Made by a program: the position numbers and the translations under genes. Under the pieces are notes generated by a model. The model was not told where the DNA came from, made no database searches, and saw nothing but the letters and a program-made list of their open reading frames with translations. A DNA stretch of 63,997 nt, filler included, from Ionaspis alba (Eukaryota), in assembly GCA_964255285.1 (NCBI GenBank). It is 6 parts of 6 records of this genome, joined end to end, with 100 filler letters (N's around TTAATTAATTAA, not from the genome) between each part and the next. Parts side by side here need not be neighbours in the genome. Positions count along the whole stretch, not along the records: positions 22,365 to 33,428 come from CAXUUL010000573.1; positions 33,529 to 44,568 come from CAXUUL010000574.1; 4 more parts are not named here. One strand, given 5' to 3'. Below, one piece after another: positions 24,039 to 35,701 of the stretch (positions are counted from its first letter, which is position 1; each line of letters starts with the position of its first letter).

Positions 24039-26297
24039 TCAGTGCAATCCTCTGCTTCGTTCACTGGCCCGAGATGGACTGGTCCTGCTCCTCTCATCCT
24101 CCTCCAACACATCGCTGAGTCGAGTCGGATGGTGATGTCTCGGTACGCCTTCCCAGCCATATCCACTTCCGCTGTAATCCGCCGGTGCGCCTTGCCCATT
24201 ACTCGAGTACACAACGCCAGATGGTCTTCCTCCTCCCGCAGTGGCCGTGGAGCCTCGTCCATATTCGACACCACTGACACTACTTCCATAACGTTGGCCA
24301 TACATACGTTCTCGGTCAAGCGCTTCTTGAACATCGTACTCGTCGCTGTCTTCGCTGCGAGTGCTGGTTGGGAAGATGAGGGGTCGACCTTGTGCATCTC
24401 GGCGAATCTCGCCACGCTCATCAAGGAGATATTCTGCCTCTTCACTGAGGTCGTCGTCTACTGAAGGAACATAAGACCGTTCGTCAGCTTCGGTGATCCG
24501 AGGTTGAGTGGCGCTTTGTCCGAGTAGAGAGGTAGCGGTGCCTTGCTGTTGATAAAAGGGGCCAGAGGATGGGGTTTGAAGCGCCGCCCCTCCCGGACCA
24601 TAGGCCAAGTAGGTTCCTCCACTCGCAGGAGCAGTCGCGGTAGCTTGCACACCAGGCCCTTGGGGAGCCGCGGACAGTGTACCTGTGGCTGCTCGTGCAG
24701 CTTGTATTGCGGCAGCAGATGTGCTCGAAGATTGCTGGTGCGGCTGGGACGAAGCTTGTCCGAGTGGTACACGTGAAGAAGGGTCATGCCCACCCTCGGT
24801 GAATGGATCGGTATCAGTTTCAGATCTTGCTGGATCGTAATTAGTGTAGCCCACTTCGCCTTCCCCGGGACTTTCCACATCTTGCTGTGCCTGCCGGAGT
24901 GTGCTCCCACCTAGACTTGTTGCTTCCCCCGATGGGCGGGCTGTGCTCGTTTGTCGACTGATATTTCCTTGCACCATCGGCACAACCTGAACACCGCCGA
25001 CGAAGATCGGCTCTCCTTTTTTCAAAGATGTGGTCCGGTCCCGTTCGGCTTGCTCAATTCTTCCGATCTCCTCCCACCCTCTCCTCGCTTCATCCCTTGA
25101 GATCTGGAGCTCACGTCTCATCTCTTTGACCATCTGTTCTGCGTTGCGTTTGATTTCATCCGCTGAAGCCCTTTCAGCTTGCACAACCGCACCTCCATTC
25201 ATTTCCGCACGAGCGCGCCTTTCTTCCGAAAGGGCGGCCTCTAGCTGCGCAATCCGTTCCTGTGTTTTTTCTTGTTCTGATCTAGTTTCATAGAACCACC
25301 TTTGGAATTTGCGTTCGGACGATGCTCGTAGTCTTTGCAACTCAACCACAGCATGAAAGAGATTTGCCCCTGCAGCGGAGAGATCCGTAACTTGGCGCGC
25401 CAATTGTTGGTTGAGTGGCTGACCGCTCATCTCGTCGCCATTACCTTCGAGTCGCTTGATCCAATAGTTTGTAAGCCCTTCCCAGTGTGACGAAAGTGTC
25501 TCCCATCTTTCAAACGCATGAGGAAACGATGACGTGTTGGTACGCGGCTGTTGTCCCGAGGATGGTGCAACTTGGGGGCGTTGCGAAGACGCAGCCGCCG
25601 ATTGCCCTGGTTGAGCTTGATTAGTTCCACCGGGCACAGAAGTCAGTCGGGTTTGTGACTGTTGCTGTTGGGTACTATATGTTGCTGATGCAGCTCGGGA
25701 GTTCTGGGGTTGCACTGGTCTTGGGACAGGCTGTGTTGCCGAGGCAGCCCTGTTCCTGGTTGCAGTTTGTGGTATATTGCTATTGTCCAGGGTTGTGCGT
25801 GCGACGTTCGAGAATTCCTGTGTACGGCTACCACTTGGTGGGTACGTGGCTGGTTGCACACCCGGAGGAGGATTGGCTCGAGGTGCGTTCCCACCACTCA
25901 CTCTCTCACTGCGTCGTCGCTCGTCCGCGTCCCGTGACGTCGACGCTTCTACCGTGGTTCTCCTGCCTCCGCCGGCTCTTACATTGCCTCCTCCAGCCCC
26001 AGTGATACCACCAACATCCGCAACGCCAGCAGCGGCAGCTCTTCTCTCAGCACTTATTCTCCTTTCTTCTTGTATTCGTCTCTGCTCTGCCTCTTGTTGT
26101 TCTTTTTGTCTTGCTTCGATCTCTGCCTTTTTCTCATCCCGCTCCCTTCGTCGTTTCATGATGTCAGTGGGGGTAACGACACGGGCAGCGGCTTGTTGGG
26201 GTACTGGCACAGGTCCAGCAGCAACTCGAGAGCCGCCATTCTGGGCGCGCGCGCTCCCGCTGCCTGGCACCGCTAGTCCGCCACCAAGGTCGGCCAT
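24039..26297 (-). CDS. Uncharacterised coiled-coil/disordered protein, 752 aa from the first AUG; frame stays open upstream to 26828 (see findings)
   Basis: Long ORF with an ordered core FPHAFERWETLSSHWEGLTNYWIKRL...AVVELQRLRASSERKFQRWF and terminal HHHPTRLSDVLEEDE. Confidence 0.85.
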   Translation of the reverse strand: MADLGGGLAVPGSGSARAQNGGSRVAAGPVPVPQQAAARVVTPTDIMKRRRERDEKKAEIEARQKEQQEAEQRRIQEERRISAERRAAAAGVADVGGITGAGGGNVRAGGGRRTTVEASTSRDADERRRSERVSGGNAPRANPPPGVQPATYPPSGSRTQEFSNVARTTLDNSNIPQTATRNRAASATQPVPRPVQPQNSRAASATYSTQQQQSQTRLTSVPGGTNQAQPGQSAAASSQRPQVAPSSGQQPRTNTSSFPHAFERWETLSSHWEGLTNYWIKRLEGNGDEMSGQPLNQQLARQVTDLSAAGANLFHAVVELQRLRASSERKFQRWFYETRSEQEKTQERIAQLEAALSEERRARAEMNGGAVVQAERASADEIKRNAEQMVKEMRRELQISRDEARRGWEEIGRIEQAERDRTTSLKKGEPIFVGGVQVVPMVQGNISRQTSTARPSGEATSLGGSTLRQAQQDVESPGEGEVGYTNYDPARSETDTDPFTEGGHDPSSRVPLGQASSQPHQQSSSTSAAAIQAARAATGTLSAAPQGPGVQATATAPASGGTYLAYGPGGAALQTPSSGPFYQQQGTATSLLGQSATQPRITEADERSYVPSVDDDLSEEAEYLLDERGEIRRDAQGRPLIFPTSTRSEDSDEYDVQEALDRERMYGQRYGSSVSGVEYGRGSTATAGGGRPSGVVYSSNGQGAPADYSGSGYGWEGVPRHHHPTRLSDVLEEDERSRTSPSRASERSRGLH

Positions 26298-28720
26298 TGA
26301 GGCGTTCTCTTCGACTTGGTCGGCCGTGAAAGGGAAGGGAGTCCTGATGGCCTCCTCAAGGGCGTAGAGTATTGCAGAGGCTGTACGCCTAGAGATATGT
26401 GTACTTCTTCGCGGCCAATATGAAGGGTCAGGTGAGGTTCGCGGTGGCCCTGGTGTGGTAGATCCGTCTCCTTCGTCACTGAACGGTTGTGGAGGCTGTA
26501 GCGGTTCGGCGACAATTGGTGGAGGTATGCGTTGCTCAGGTGCAGCAGCAGAAGCTGCGCGGCGTCGTGTTGGGATCTGTTCTTCGAATCTTGGAGTTCG
26601 TCGAAGAGTGTGTGCGCTTCCTGATGAGCTCGAAGGTCTTGAGGGTAAGCGTGAAGATGGTTGGTGCTGCTGGCGTTGCGGTAACGGTTGCGTAAATGGT
26701 TCGTAAGCTTCGTAGATCTCGTCACCGGGTCGTGGAATTGGACGAGACAGAGCTGACGATTGCTTCGGACTGAAAACGGGAAACTGATACAGTGCGAATA
26801 ATGTACAATTGTTTTGAGTAGATTTGTGTTAACTATACAAAACCCGAGTGGATGTTGAACCCGGCAGAGTTGCAGTGAGGGTCACCAAGACCGTGTGACT
26901 GAGACGGCGCAAAGTGGGAAATGTGGATTCTGTGCAGGCATCGTAAGAACAGATTGGAAAAAGCCTGGCAGAATAGACAATGCGCAAGACTTAGTGACTT
27001 CGCAATGAGGCTGGGAGTTTTGTGGTGGCTAGACGAATAATCTTGTGTTTCGCGAAGCTATCGATATTGGGGGGTTGGGGATTTTGGAACCACGCACCAT
27101 TGCATGACAACACAGCCAATTGATTTTTCGATTTCCAGTTTTAAGCTCCCATCAAGCTCGACACTGTCCTGGAGTTGCCAAATGGCTCAATTGCTGCTGT
27201 AGAATCGACAGATTCCAAGTGGTGCCCGTTTGCTTGTCCAACACCGCTCACAACCCCCATCCACCACCACCTACCGGCCTACTTCGAAGTGCCAATTTGG
27301 CCTGGGTTGGTGAATTGATGAGAGAAGAATGGCAGGATTAGATCTTTCTCCAAGACCGGGCTTCGTCTGTTTGAATTTCTGCAGTGCTCGAATTGGACCT
27401 TCGTTGGCGACAAACTCGTCAGACCCCAGACATTTGCGACCGCAGGCTAACGCTCCTCGCAGTGAGCCAGCGTAGACCTGAGGAAATATGGCCTTGACTG
27501 CATAGTCGTCATTGAAGTCGAATATGAGACAGATCCGTCAGAAGGGATCAAGAAGTCCTCGAGATCATTGAGAAGACCAAGTCGACATTAATGTGCGTTT
27601 GCGGAACCAGCTCCAAAGGCTGGCGGGCGATGTGTTGGCAAATAAGCACCCCCCTGCTGCATACATGTATGCTCTAGCAGGCCAACCGCCAAAGCACCAA
27701 CGACATTCATCTTCCATTTTCCTTCGTGGTCGGGTCGTCGTCCGTTCAACATTAAGGAGAATGCGATGCTAGACCTCTCCGAGACTTGGAGAATGAATGC
27801 GTGCTCTTATCGGGAAGAACGAGATGAACAGTGCGACCAACTGGCAGAGAGGCTTTTGCGGGGACGGCACTATGGGGTTCATCCATGGTTCTTGCTTTCA
27901 ACGTCAGACCCAATCATGTTGCTGGGAGCTACCCAGTCGTTTCTCCCGACACCACACGTCGACCAGCTGGCCCTCCCACCTACCCCCGCGCACAGTTGAC
28001 AGGTCTCACTCATGCGTGGGGCAGCCATCTGTGTAATAAATGTTGGCAACGGCGTGGATGGTTGTCCTGGAAGCTCGGTATGCACGGAGACATTCTCAGC
28101 CACTGGCTTTATGGAATGCAGGTACCCCGGATGTCTAAGACGTCTTTTCCCAGTTTGATAGAACCCGCCATCGAGTACTGACGATGATCTGGGTCTCGAT
28201 CGAGTGTTGTCCCTGACTACCTCAAGGAGACTGCACAAACCAACTGTATTCCTGTGGTGCAATGAATGCTGTCTGTCCAAGCAATACACCTTGGGATCGT
28301 TTTGACATGTGGCTTTTGTACTGGTTCACGGTGCTCTGAAGTCGTGCTAGGCCGTTACCTGTTATCGCTTTGCACACAAATTCCTGCAGCATCACCAGAT
28401 ACTGGCAAGTCATGAGTGAGACAATGAGATGCATCCTCTGACTTGTCGTTGCGACTGCAGATGTCAAAATCTCGTTACCCTTGCATAGATCTTCAACATT
28501 CCCCCGATTGTCTTGCATAGTAGGCCGGGTTTCCTTCCTATTCGTGGTGACCAGGACATTTCTCTCTACTACCGGCCTCTACTATGGCGTTCGTGCGGAG
28601 AGTAGCTCCCCAAATCGTGAAAAGATGGCCATCAAGAGTGCCATGGTTTGATTAGCCGCTTTTATCGCTGATCCTTAAGATGCCGTGCCCTCGTCCTACC
28701 TGTTCCTACCTTCTCAGAAG

Positions 28721-29794
28721 ATGCCAATCATGTTTCAGCCACATGTTATGACAACTACCTCCGAAATGCTCAAACTTGTTTCCTCTATCCAGGAATTTGA
28801 TCGCCCACCTCCTGACCTGAACCACATTCACGATAGCCACTTCACCCATGGATGGCGCTGTGCCCGAAGATCAACTTCGATACCTCCACCTCCTCCCCCT
28901 TCACGACATTCACCTACTGTAACACCGAGTCCACCAAATGTCCAGCCTTCTAAGCCTGGTACATGGCCTCTTTGTCAGGCTTCGAATCCATTTCTGTCAT
29001 CGCCAATGGATCGTACTAAAGGACCTGGACTGCCTCCGATGGAGAGCATGACTTTCACATATCGGAGCCAGGACCATAGTCGTGACTATTCGTTCCCGCT
29101 TCCAGGTCAAAGCCATCAATCAAGAGCCAGCGATGAATGCATATCTATTTGCTCGTGGACCAAAGGCGATGACTCGACAGAGATAGGCACACGCAGTCCC
29201 GGAAGGTCACTATGTAGTGAAGCGGACACAGTCATAGATGGAGACGCCATGATTAGCCAGAACTACATCATGTGCAAGAGACTCGCTCAGCAATCGCAGT
29301 CCAATACGAGTCCTGTGTCTCGAGCTTCTACAAAGGCCGCTTTCCCTCCACGTACCTCCTCAAACTTTCAAGTCGTCAACAATGAGTCAATCCGCTTCTC
29401 TGATGCGATTGGACCGCCATCAGGATTTCCGTCTGGCGGTGGTACACCCAGTCGAATCCAGGAAAAAGGCATCTCCCCGAGGCGTCCAGGGCTGTTTGCA
29501 GATATATCGAAGGAGCAAATACCAAAGTCCCCTACATCTCCCACTTTCGATGCACTCCCTTTGTTGCTAGCTTCGGCTTCTCCGCCTCACCGCTACGAGA
29601 CACTTCCAGCAGTTTTACAATCTAACGAAGTCTCTTGCATGGATTGGTCCGAGGATGAAGACGATAATAACGATGGCTTGGCCAGGAGCTCCCTTTTACC
29701 GTTTCTGTCAGGTAAAAGAAGTAAAGGACGAGGTGGCAAACCTTTTCGAAGAAGCTTGACTGGTGCCTTCAGGCGACTATCTTGTTCTACCTGA
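28721..29794 (+). CDS. Hypothetical Ser/Pro-rich disordered protein
   Basis: ORF of about 357 codons; C-terminal EVSCMDWSEDED and basic tail; start uncertain. Confidence 0.6.
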   Translation: MPIMFQPHVMTTTSEMLKLVSSIQEFDRPPPDLNHIHDSHFTHGWRCARRSTSIPPPPPPSRHSPTVTPSPPNVQPSKPGTWPLCQASNPFLSSPMDRTKGPGLPPMESMTFTYRSQDHSRDYSFPLPGQSHQSRASDECISICSWTKGDDSTEIGTRSPGRSLCSEADTVIDGDAMISQNYIMCKRLAQQSQSNTSPVSRASTKAAFPPRTSSNFQVVNNESIRFSDAIGPPSGFPSGGGTPSRIQEKGISPRRPGLFADISKEQIPKSPTSPTFDALPLLLASASPPHRYETLPAVLQSNEVSCMDWSEDEDDNNDGLARSSLLPFLSGKRSKGRGGKPFRRSLTGAFRRLSCST

Positions 29795-30613
29795 GCTTCG
29801 TCGGACTTGGGATTTACGACGATTGCCTATAGTCCGAAGTCGGGGGAGCCAGAGTTGGGTGCTTACATCTCACAAGGCAGTGTGGCGGGCATGCTAGCTG
29901 CATCGAACATGTCCTTCTCTTCAATCCTAGTTACATCTCACGATATCATGATCTTACGACATTAACGCTATCCGCAGCCCCAGCATAGGCATTACAAACG
30001 GCGTAGTTATCCTCACGGCACTGACTACGTCGAGCGTCAGAAAAACATTACCACAAGCATTTCGGGCTCAACGAGTTTTTAATTCAGCAGCATAGTGGAT
30101 AGAATAGCATCTAGAAACATCTCGGAACCATAACCTCAATGAAGCCGATAGAGCATATGTGCGACTATTTCACCTCCACTCAATCTCACAATGATTCTGG
30201 CATCCCAAACTTTCTACATAATGATCTTCTAACCATTCAACTCTATCACATGACCCTTACCGCTCATTGCTTGCTCCTAGAGTAGACTGTTCTTCCACGA
30301 TTGTGCAGCATCCAAGCACTTAGTAGAGTCGTTAGCTCCGCATAATACTCCACCCTGCCACGAACCGTCATGCAGCACGCTAGGCGAGGTCTTTAGGCAA
30401 TGTTCCATCGTGCAAGGCATGTTCTATGCTCTATGCACCCATAGGACTTGGAGAATCACGGAGGCCGAAAGATCCGGGAAGAAGTGAAGAACTCGTTTGA
30501 AATGTTCGCAGAGTTCACTGCACGCGGAACGATCAGTAGCGACGACGGAATCTTCCTTCCTATTCATGGCTTCCAGACTCTTTGCTTGTGTTGAGCTCCT
30601 CTGTTGAGGCTTC

Positions 30614-32381
30614 TCAGGGCCGAGTACCGGGCTGAGAGAGATCTAGGGACTTGATAGTTGATGCTTCGTCCTCATCGCTAGCATTCACCGTCTGGGTTAT
30701 GCATTCGGTTCCGGCGCTCAAGGAAGATTCATTCGAGGTAGTCATTCGGGGGTCCAGGGGTTCTTCCAATTTAGACTGCTCCGTTGTAGACTTGTCGAAC
30801 ATAGAGTCCTTCAGTGATATTACTCTAAGGCTGGAGTGCTCTATCGAAGTATCGTCCATCGTATAAGCCTGGAGTGTCGTTCTGTTTGCCGCTGCGCCAT
30901 TGGTATCAGCTTCGGTCAAGGTGGAGTCTTTCTCAAGGTCTCCTCCAAGATTAGCATTGTACCATGGGTGTGCCAATGATTCGGCTATTGTCATTCGCTC
31001 TTCCGGATTGTACTTCAGCATTTTCAGTAGCAGGTCGGCAAAGACTTCCATCTCAGCCATCGATGAAATTGCTCTTCTGCGATAACGACTTCTGACACCC
31101 GGTCGATCTGGGTCATCTCGGAGCGGTGTTCCAAGCAGCGCGACGGGCGTGCTCATCATCTCTAGCAAGTAAGGTCTCCCTCTAACCGGGCTTGTGCCAG
31201 TATGTACTTGGAGCGACTTGGCTTCATGGTCAAAGCAGGCTGAGCGACCTTTCCACGCTTGCCACCATTGATCAGGTAGTCGACCAAGAAGTCTCACAAA
31301 CTCCTTTATAATCTCGGCAGGATTACCGTTGAACATCTCAAACAGTGGAAGACCAGTCCGAATAGTATATATTGTACAGGCAAGGGCCCAAACTTCGGAT
31401 CCCAAACCAAGCTTAGATTCGAACATCAATTCAGGCGAGCAGAATTCGAAAGGTGCTCCGGAGCCGTTGGGAGGGGGGTCTTCGAGATAGAACGCTTCTC
31501 CGAAGTCTATGATTATAATCCGACTGGTCCAGTAATGAGGATCGACCTTATCCAAGAGTGCCGCGTTCACTATATACGCTGGCCCTGTGGGCTCAACTGG
31601 GCCGTCATCCAACCTTCGAAGCGGGTTAATTATCGGCTCACCCAGTCTTTGAAGTACTTCCTCCTCGCTCCATGAGTCGAAGTTTGCTAAGCAGAGAAGT
31701 ACATTAGACGGCTTCAAATCTGAACCATAGTACAGTTAGAATTTGATATTAGAGGAATCGAGGTGTAAGCGTACCGCCGTGGCCTACTCCGTTACTGTGG
31801 AGAAACTGCAACCCTAGAGACACTTGCAAAGCCATCTTACGTGGAAGGTCGACCGGTAATTCATGATGGAGCCAAAGCTCTGAGACTCTAGGTCCTCCCA
31901 CAGGCATGACAAGACATAGATGCCTGCCATTTGGGCCGTCGATCCAGAAGTGATGCAGTGGCCAAGCTATGTGGTCTCGTCCCGGATGCTGTTCGCCAGA
32001 TGCAGTTGAAACTGCCGCCTTCAACGACGCAAGGAGCTTCAATTCTCGGGAATCTTCCACTGATACCTCGGCCATCATGATCTTGAGCGCAACATAGCCG
32101 TCTTGGCCATGGGCTCTTGCAAGCCATACAGTAGCAAAGCCTCCATGCCCAAGTTTGTGAATAATACGGTAGCGCTCGCTGTCTCCGTACGTATCTCCAA
32201 GATGCACTGGGTGGAATCCCCCACTCCGGTAATCTTCTATATTTTCTTCATCATCCCATGGACCAGGCTTATAGATCCGTCGAGACGGATTGAGATTGGG
32301 CAGAACTCGAGGACAGTCCTCGTTGGATGTTTGAGTGGAAGGCGTGGATGATGAAGCCGACTGTGATGGTGAGGACGACAT
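30614..32381 (-). CDS. SRPK-like (CMGC) Ser/Thr protein kinase, 2 exons
   Basis: EDYRSGGFHPVHLGD, KLGHGGFATVWLA, VALKI, HG/DLKPSN across the intron, IIDFGEA, SPELM. Confidence 0.92.
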
Positions 32382-32909
32382 AATGACACTAAGAAGTCCC
32401 GGTGCCTCACTTAAGGAGGACGCTTCCAGGGGAAGCTGAGGATAGGCAATCTCTCTGCCAGAATTGTTGTGGAAACCTTGTTCAGAAATGCGAGGTTGAG
32501 GGTAAACTATCTTAACACGTGACACGGATAAGTAACACAATCGAGCAAAGGTTCTTGCTGTTGAGACAACGGCAGCACATTGAAGCACAGTACTCATAGA
32601 GAAAAAGCTGCTCCTCTCCACGTAGTGTTGAGATAGTGGCTTTTGAGATGCTTACTTCTCATTCTTGCCTTATTCGGAAACACAAGCCCACCGGATCGCG
32701 TGATTGAAATCGCTTACCTGCCTTACTTTAGGGTTAGGCGAATTGGTGACAACACACTTTCAGTCATTTAACTTTGCTTTATTAGATTACCAATGTCGCA
32801 GGGTCAAGTAAGTCTTTTTTCAGTGACCTGTCGTGCTGCAAGGTTCATAGACTCTCCTCCTTGTTACTCAGTTTGCTGGATTCTGCATTCTTGCCCTCCG
32901 TTCAAAGCA

Positions 32910-33428
32910 ATGACCGTGTACAGAGAAGATAGCATTCGGGACACGAAGGGGACTGGTACTGTGGAAGACCCATTTGTGTGCAACCTTGTGTCTTGTCATA
33001 TGGTAGCTAGTGCTTTATATTGTTTGATTCAAATTATGATTTTAAAGAAGCTAAATGAAAACAGATCTATTGGCTGATCGGGAGACCATCTGGCACAAAA
33101 GAGCCTCGCGCTGAAGGGAATGAGAATGTCGTACGAGGAGCTGCACGAGCTGATGGTTATACACATATTTGGATTCGGTATGTCGAACAGAACCAATCTG
33201 GACACCGTATGACCATCTGTCTAAACTGACGCGTTCCTCAGCCATCTGAATCACAAAACCACTCACTCCGTGATAGCAGGACGCCATGTTTGGACTCCCG
33301 TTGACTCCTGTATCACAGTCTATTTCAGCACCGACCCGGCTAAACCCGCAAAAGAAGGACATGTATATTGCGTGGAGGACGACAATGTGCCAATCCGGAT
33401 GATGACTGCTGAGGAACAGCAGTCTGCA
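32910..33428 (+). CDS. Hypothetical spliced protein, 3'-truncated (exons 32910-33002, 33065-33177, 33242->33428)
   Basis: Two GT..AG introns (62 and 64 nt) with consistent phases give one continuous frame. Confidence 0.6.
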
Positions 33429-33528
33429 NNNNNNNNNNNNNNNNNNNNNNNNNNNNNNNNNNNNNNNNNNNNTTAATTAATTAANNNNNNNNNNNNNNNN
33501 NNNNNNNNNNNNNNNNNNNNNNNNNNNN
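33429..33528. other. Artificial scaffold spacer N44-TTAATTAATTAA-N44
   Basis: Same linker. Confidence 0.98.
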
Positions 33529-33807
33529 CCAAACGTCCCTTTCACCTGATTAGCCTCACAGAATTACGGTCTCTTCTCATTCGGGGCAGCAATACAAGCT
33601 TTCCATATCTATTGAGTGCATGAAGAAGTCTAGTCACGCCACGTTGTTTAGTCTCCGGGGGCTGAAACTGGCTCAACCACACTTTCTTTTCGCACTGCCA
33701 TGTAGGTGAAAGATGTCTTCGGACGTTTCCAAGGCATATGTCCAAGTCCTTTTCTCCTGTGTCATTCCGTCGAAATGAGTCGGTAAGGTATCCAGAAAAA
33801 GCTCATC

Positions 33808-35550
33808 ATGCCTTCATTTCCTTATCGTCCGCTACTAGAAGGACAAATACGGCTCATTGAGATTCAAGCAGGCTCATCGCTGAACTGCAAGGTTCACCAT
33901 GCGAGCATCGATAACCCTCCTCCATACGTAGCACTATCGTATACTTGGGGCGCGCCGGTGTTCCCAAATGCTATCATGCTTGATGGTCATCTCTTCCCTG
34001 TCACTAAGAACCTACACGAGGCTCTCCACGCTCTTGGCGCCGGATATAGAGCCTCTGGCCGTTTCCTATGGGTAGATGCTATCTGTATCGACCAAGGAAA
34101 TCTAACAGAGAGGAGTAAGCAGGTCTTGCTGATGACAAAGATTTACACAAAAGCGGTTGTAGTGGAAGCATGGTTAGGCGAGGCTGCAGATGACAGTAAT
34201 CTGGCATTCAAGAAGATGATGGATTTTGATAATCACTTGCGTGCTTTGGCGAGAGCCAACAACAACGATGCGGTTGCCGCCCTGGCGACGATCTCTGCTC
34301 ATGACCCAGAAGTGTTTGGTCCGCCTGGTTCGGAGGCCTTTCGTGGTTGGAGAGCCATCTCTGTCCTTTGTCGAAGGGAGTGGTGGCGCCGGGTCTGGAT
34401 TGTGCAAGAGGCAAGTGGCATACCCGAAACCGAAGTGTGGTGCGGAGGTATGGGAGTCCCGTGGAGAGCCATCCAGGCAACGATCTTCATCTCCATGGAA
34501 CTTGCAAAGTATCCTGGCCTTGAGAGGATGTACAATTTCGACGGAAGTGGTGCAAGACTTCTTGATGATATCCGCATTCGACGACAGAATGGCAAGCGAT
34601 TGGAATTACTGAGTCTTCTACAGCAAATGCGGTCATACGATTGCACGGATAAGAAAGACAAAGTCTATGCTGCTCTCGGGTTTGCATCGAACGTACCGGC
34701 TGGGGGAATTGTGCCTGATTATACAAAATCGATCGAGGAAGTCTACACCGACGTGGTCCGATTCTCCCTTACTATGCCACCCCTTCATCGACTGGATTTT
34801 CTAGGCTACGTAATGCGTACAGCTGAGGAGTCGACTCGACTTCGGAATTTAGATGAGTCAATGCCCACTTGGCTCCCAGATTGGCGTGCTCGTATCGCCG
34901 TCGAAGAATTTGGGAAAACTATCACTGGCGGCGAGAACGATGGGCAGAGAGTCTACGCTGCAAGTGGGGACTCCGAGCCAGATGTTGAGATCAAGGGGCG
35001 TCAATTGCACCTGACTGGCTTTTGCATCAATCAAATAACTGCTGTTCTAGCTATTGCGGATGATTCGATCGGTACGAACGTCGAAAAGACCTGGACACCA
35101 GAGAACCCCACAGATGAATATCCTTCGGGCGGAACTGTCGACGAGGCGTATCTACACACTTTGATAGTGGACGTCAAACGTGGAATGGGCACTGTAATCC
35201 AACGCGGCCATACGATGAACTGGTCATATGAGGATCGCCGTGCCGCTACGCTTTCGGGGGACGAGAATTACAACCGTCACCAAAACAGGGCCTCAATGCG
35301 GAACGCAACCTTCGGACGTCGATTCTTCTGGGCTGCAGATGGGTATATGGGCTTGGGTCCTGCTGCGGCTAAGGTTGGCGATAAGATTTGTATATTTTAT
35401 GGTGGACAGGTGCTATACGTGCTAAGGCAGAAGAATGAGAAAGAGCACGAGTTTGTGGGGGAGTGCTACGTTCATGGGCTTATGGATGAAGAGGCTCTGG
35501 GTCTCAAGATGAGCATGGATTTGCCTGACGAGAAGTTCGTGCTCATCTAA
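33808..35550 (+). CDS. HET-domain protein (HET-6-like), intronless
   Basis: YVALSYTWG, LWVDAICIDQ, ERSKQVLLMTKIY, WWRRVWIVQE, PTWLPDW, FVGECYVHGLMD. Confidence 0.93.
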   Translation: MPSFPYRPLLEGQIRLIEIQAGSSLNCKVHHASIDNPPPYVALSYTWGAPVFPNAIMLDGHLFPVTKNLHEALHALGAGYRASGRFLWVDAICIDQGNLTERSKQVLLMTKIYTKAVVVEAWLGEAADDSNLAFKKMMDFDNHLRALARANNNDAVAALATISAHDPEVFGPPGSEAFRGWRAISVLCRREWWRRVWIVQEASGIPETEVWCGGMGVPWRAIQATIFISMELAKYPGLERMYNFDGSGARLLDDIRIRRQNGKRLELLSLLQQMRSYDCTDKKDKVYAALGFASNVPAGGIVPDYTKSIEEVYTDVVRFSLTMPPLHRLDFLGYVMRTAEESTRLRNLDESMPTWLPDWRARIAVEEFGKTITGGENDGQRVYAASGDSEPDVEIKGRQLHLTGFCINQITAVLAIADDSIGTNVEKTWTPENPTDEYPSGGTVDEAYLHTLIVDVKRGMGTVIQRGHTMNWSYEDRRAATLSGDENYNRHQNRASMRNATFGRRFFWAADGYMGLGPAAAKVGDKICIFYGGQVLYVLRQKNEKEHEFVGECYVHGLMDEEALGLKMSMDLPDEKFVLI

Positions 35551-35701
35551 TCAGAGAATTGATATAATCGTACTAATACCGGAATGCTGAAATGCCACTT
35601 GCTCTCAAATCCTCCCAAAAGCATGCGTGGGATCCAAATATCTCTCTATGCACCTCAGAACGCCGACGCTATGCAATCCAAGATCAAGCCTTCACATCAC
35701 A

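Noticed and set aside
32726..32738. TTTAGGGTTAGG telomere-like sequence
   Set aside because: Two units only; compatible with chance or a single binding site
30614..35550. Kinase + orphan + HET gene as an allorecognition or toxin-antidote cluster
   Set aside because: An artificial spacer (33429-33528) separates HET from the other two, so linkage is unsupported
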